Source of the DNA: Cycas panzhihuaensis
Lineage: Eukaryota > Plantae > Cycadophyta
Direction: 5' to 3'
NCBI GenBank assembly: GCA_023213395.1
Contig: CM041465.1
Coordinates: 138,763,741-138,827,740 of the forward strand
Length of the DNA: 64,000 bases
In this document: positions 62,602 to 64,000 of the stretch, piece by piece
How positions within the stretch are numbered: position 1 is the stretch's first letter
Layout of the letters: every line of letters starts with the position of its first letter
Made by a program: the position numbers and the translations under genes
Notes under the pieces: generated by a model
What the model saw: the letters and a program-made list of their open reading frames with translations, nothing else
The model's database searches: none
What the model was told of the DNA's origin: nothing

Positions 62602-64000
62602 TTATATTCCTTTCAAATATGGTGTTTCCTTGTCTAATATGTGAGAGTGTGATTAAGAGGGCAAAAGGAAGCTTACTTCTTGGTCCTCCAAATACCTATC
62701 ATTAGTTGGTAGATACCAAGCATGTTTTAAGGATCTAGTTGCAATACATGTTTCCTACTACTCATGTGGGGTAGCTTCAAATGTTGCTTATAAAAGGTTG
62801 GTCAAGCTCCTTAGGACCTTTAAAGGTTTCAATATCACTACTTGGCATACTTGTTTGCTCATCGACATGAAGTTCCAAGGTCAAGCACTATGTGCCAAGT
62901 GGTTGACATAGGCCATTGGGAGGATGATGCATGAAAGATTATGGCCAGACTCAGCATCAAACTAGTGAGGTCATGCAAAATGAATGGCCCTGTGTTGAAT
63001 GTACGTTGTACATTACACCAATCCGATAAAAGTAGCCAAACCCTTCATCTTTAAATCAATTTGGGGAGTGTGGGAGGATTATAAAAAATTGTTAAATTGG
63101 CATGCCAACAATTCAAGGTGGTCAACCAAAGATGATCAACAACAATTGACGACCTTCGCAAACTAAAGACAATCCAAGCAAATCACAAGACTAGATTGAG
63201 AGCCACACAATCTCGTCCAGAATCCATATGACATCAATATGGCCTGTATTGACTTGCTACAATGAACAACAGTAATTTAAGTACCAAATTATAACTCTAA
63301 AGTATAGGAAATCCCCCACAAAAATTCATGTTCTTTGAAGAAATTTTTGAGCCAAAAAAAATTAAAAGCAAAAGGGCAAGCACAATCAATTTTCTTCTAG
63401 AGCTCATTGCAATTTGCACAAGCCAAATCAAAAGCTAAAACTTTAGAAGCAAGTAGGTCATGCCAAAAACTTTACAGCAACGCCAAATTCAACCCCCTTC
63501 TATATATGTACGCTTTGAAACAAATGAAAGAAGTGCAAAACCCTAACAATCGACAATATTGTTTTTTGGTCATAACCTTCTTTATATATCTCAAAATTAA
63601 TTTTTGTCCATAATTCTGGAAAGTTGCCGAAGAGATGCACAATTTGAGTATAACTTTATTTTTTAGGGTATCATACCCTAAATCCATACAACTATATGGA
63701 AGCATACAAATTTGATTCTTATACACTTACACATCAATAAAATATTTTATTTTGTTGTTTGGACCCCTTTTCGGGCCCTCTATGGTGTATTTTAACCTAT
63801 TTTGGCTAGTATGGTGTGGATTTAGTGACATTTTAGTAATGATTTGGCTTCGTATTGAGAAATCATCACAAACAACACCACATGTCATCAATTAAATGAT
63901 TTATTTAAAAATCACTATATAATTATATCTTGAGAAAACACATGCTTAACTTGGAAAGCTCAAGGTACCATCAAAGTTGTTACCTTTCAAGAAAGCACAA

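Noticed and set aside
62602-64000. Terminal region as a gene or TE
   Set aside because: No recognisable motif, termini or splice-bounded exon; left unannotated.

Overview
Land-plant nuclear DNA; large introns packed with LTR retrotransposons suggest a large-genome gymnosperm or fern, but the taxon cannot be fixed from sequence. Most of the window is decayed transposon sequence. It holds a four-deep nest at 0.6-17 kb (copia X > copia A > gypsy chromovirus B > copia C), truncated copia H, copia E interrupted by the younger full-length copia D, a three-deep nest at 36.4-45.5 kb (solo LTR > non-autonomous copia G > copia F), two pol-less gypsy-derived elements (I, J), two LINE fragments, and copia K and L. 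Most insertions have TG..CA ends, a Met-tRNA PBS, a PPT and a near-matching 5-bp TSD. The only host coding sequence is two intact minus-strand exons (35028-35130, 34292-34410) of a lipase class 3 / mono-diacylglycerol-lipase-type gene, so the whole window may lie within two giant introns. Three unexplained signals stand out: (1) a 422-bp tandem unit at 19085-19640 whose junction folds as a degenerate type I hammerhead ribozyme (retrozyme- or Penelope-like); (2) a stem-loop enclosing the PPT/U3 junction that covaries across six copia insertions, with two independent tandem duplications at that site; (3) a shared C-terminal peptide motif in the two pol-less elements. All coordinates and alignments were made by eye.
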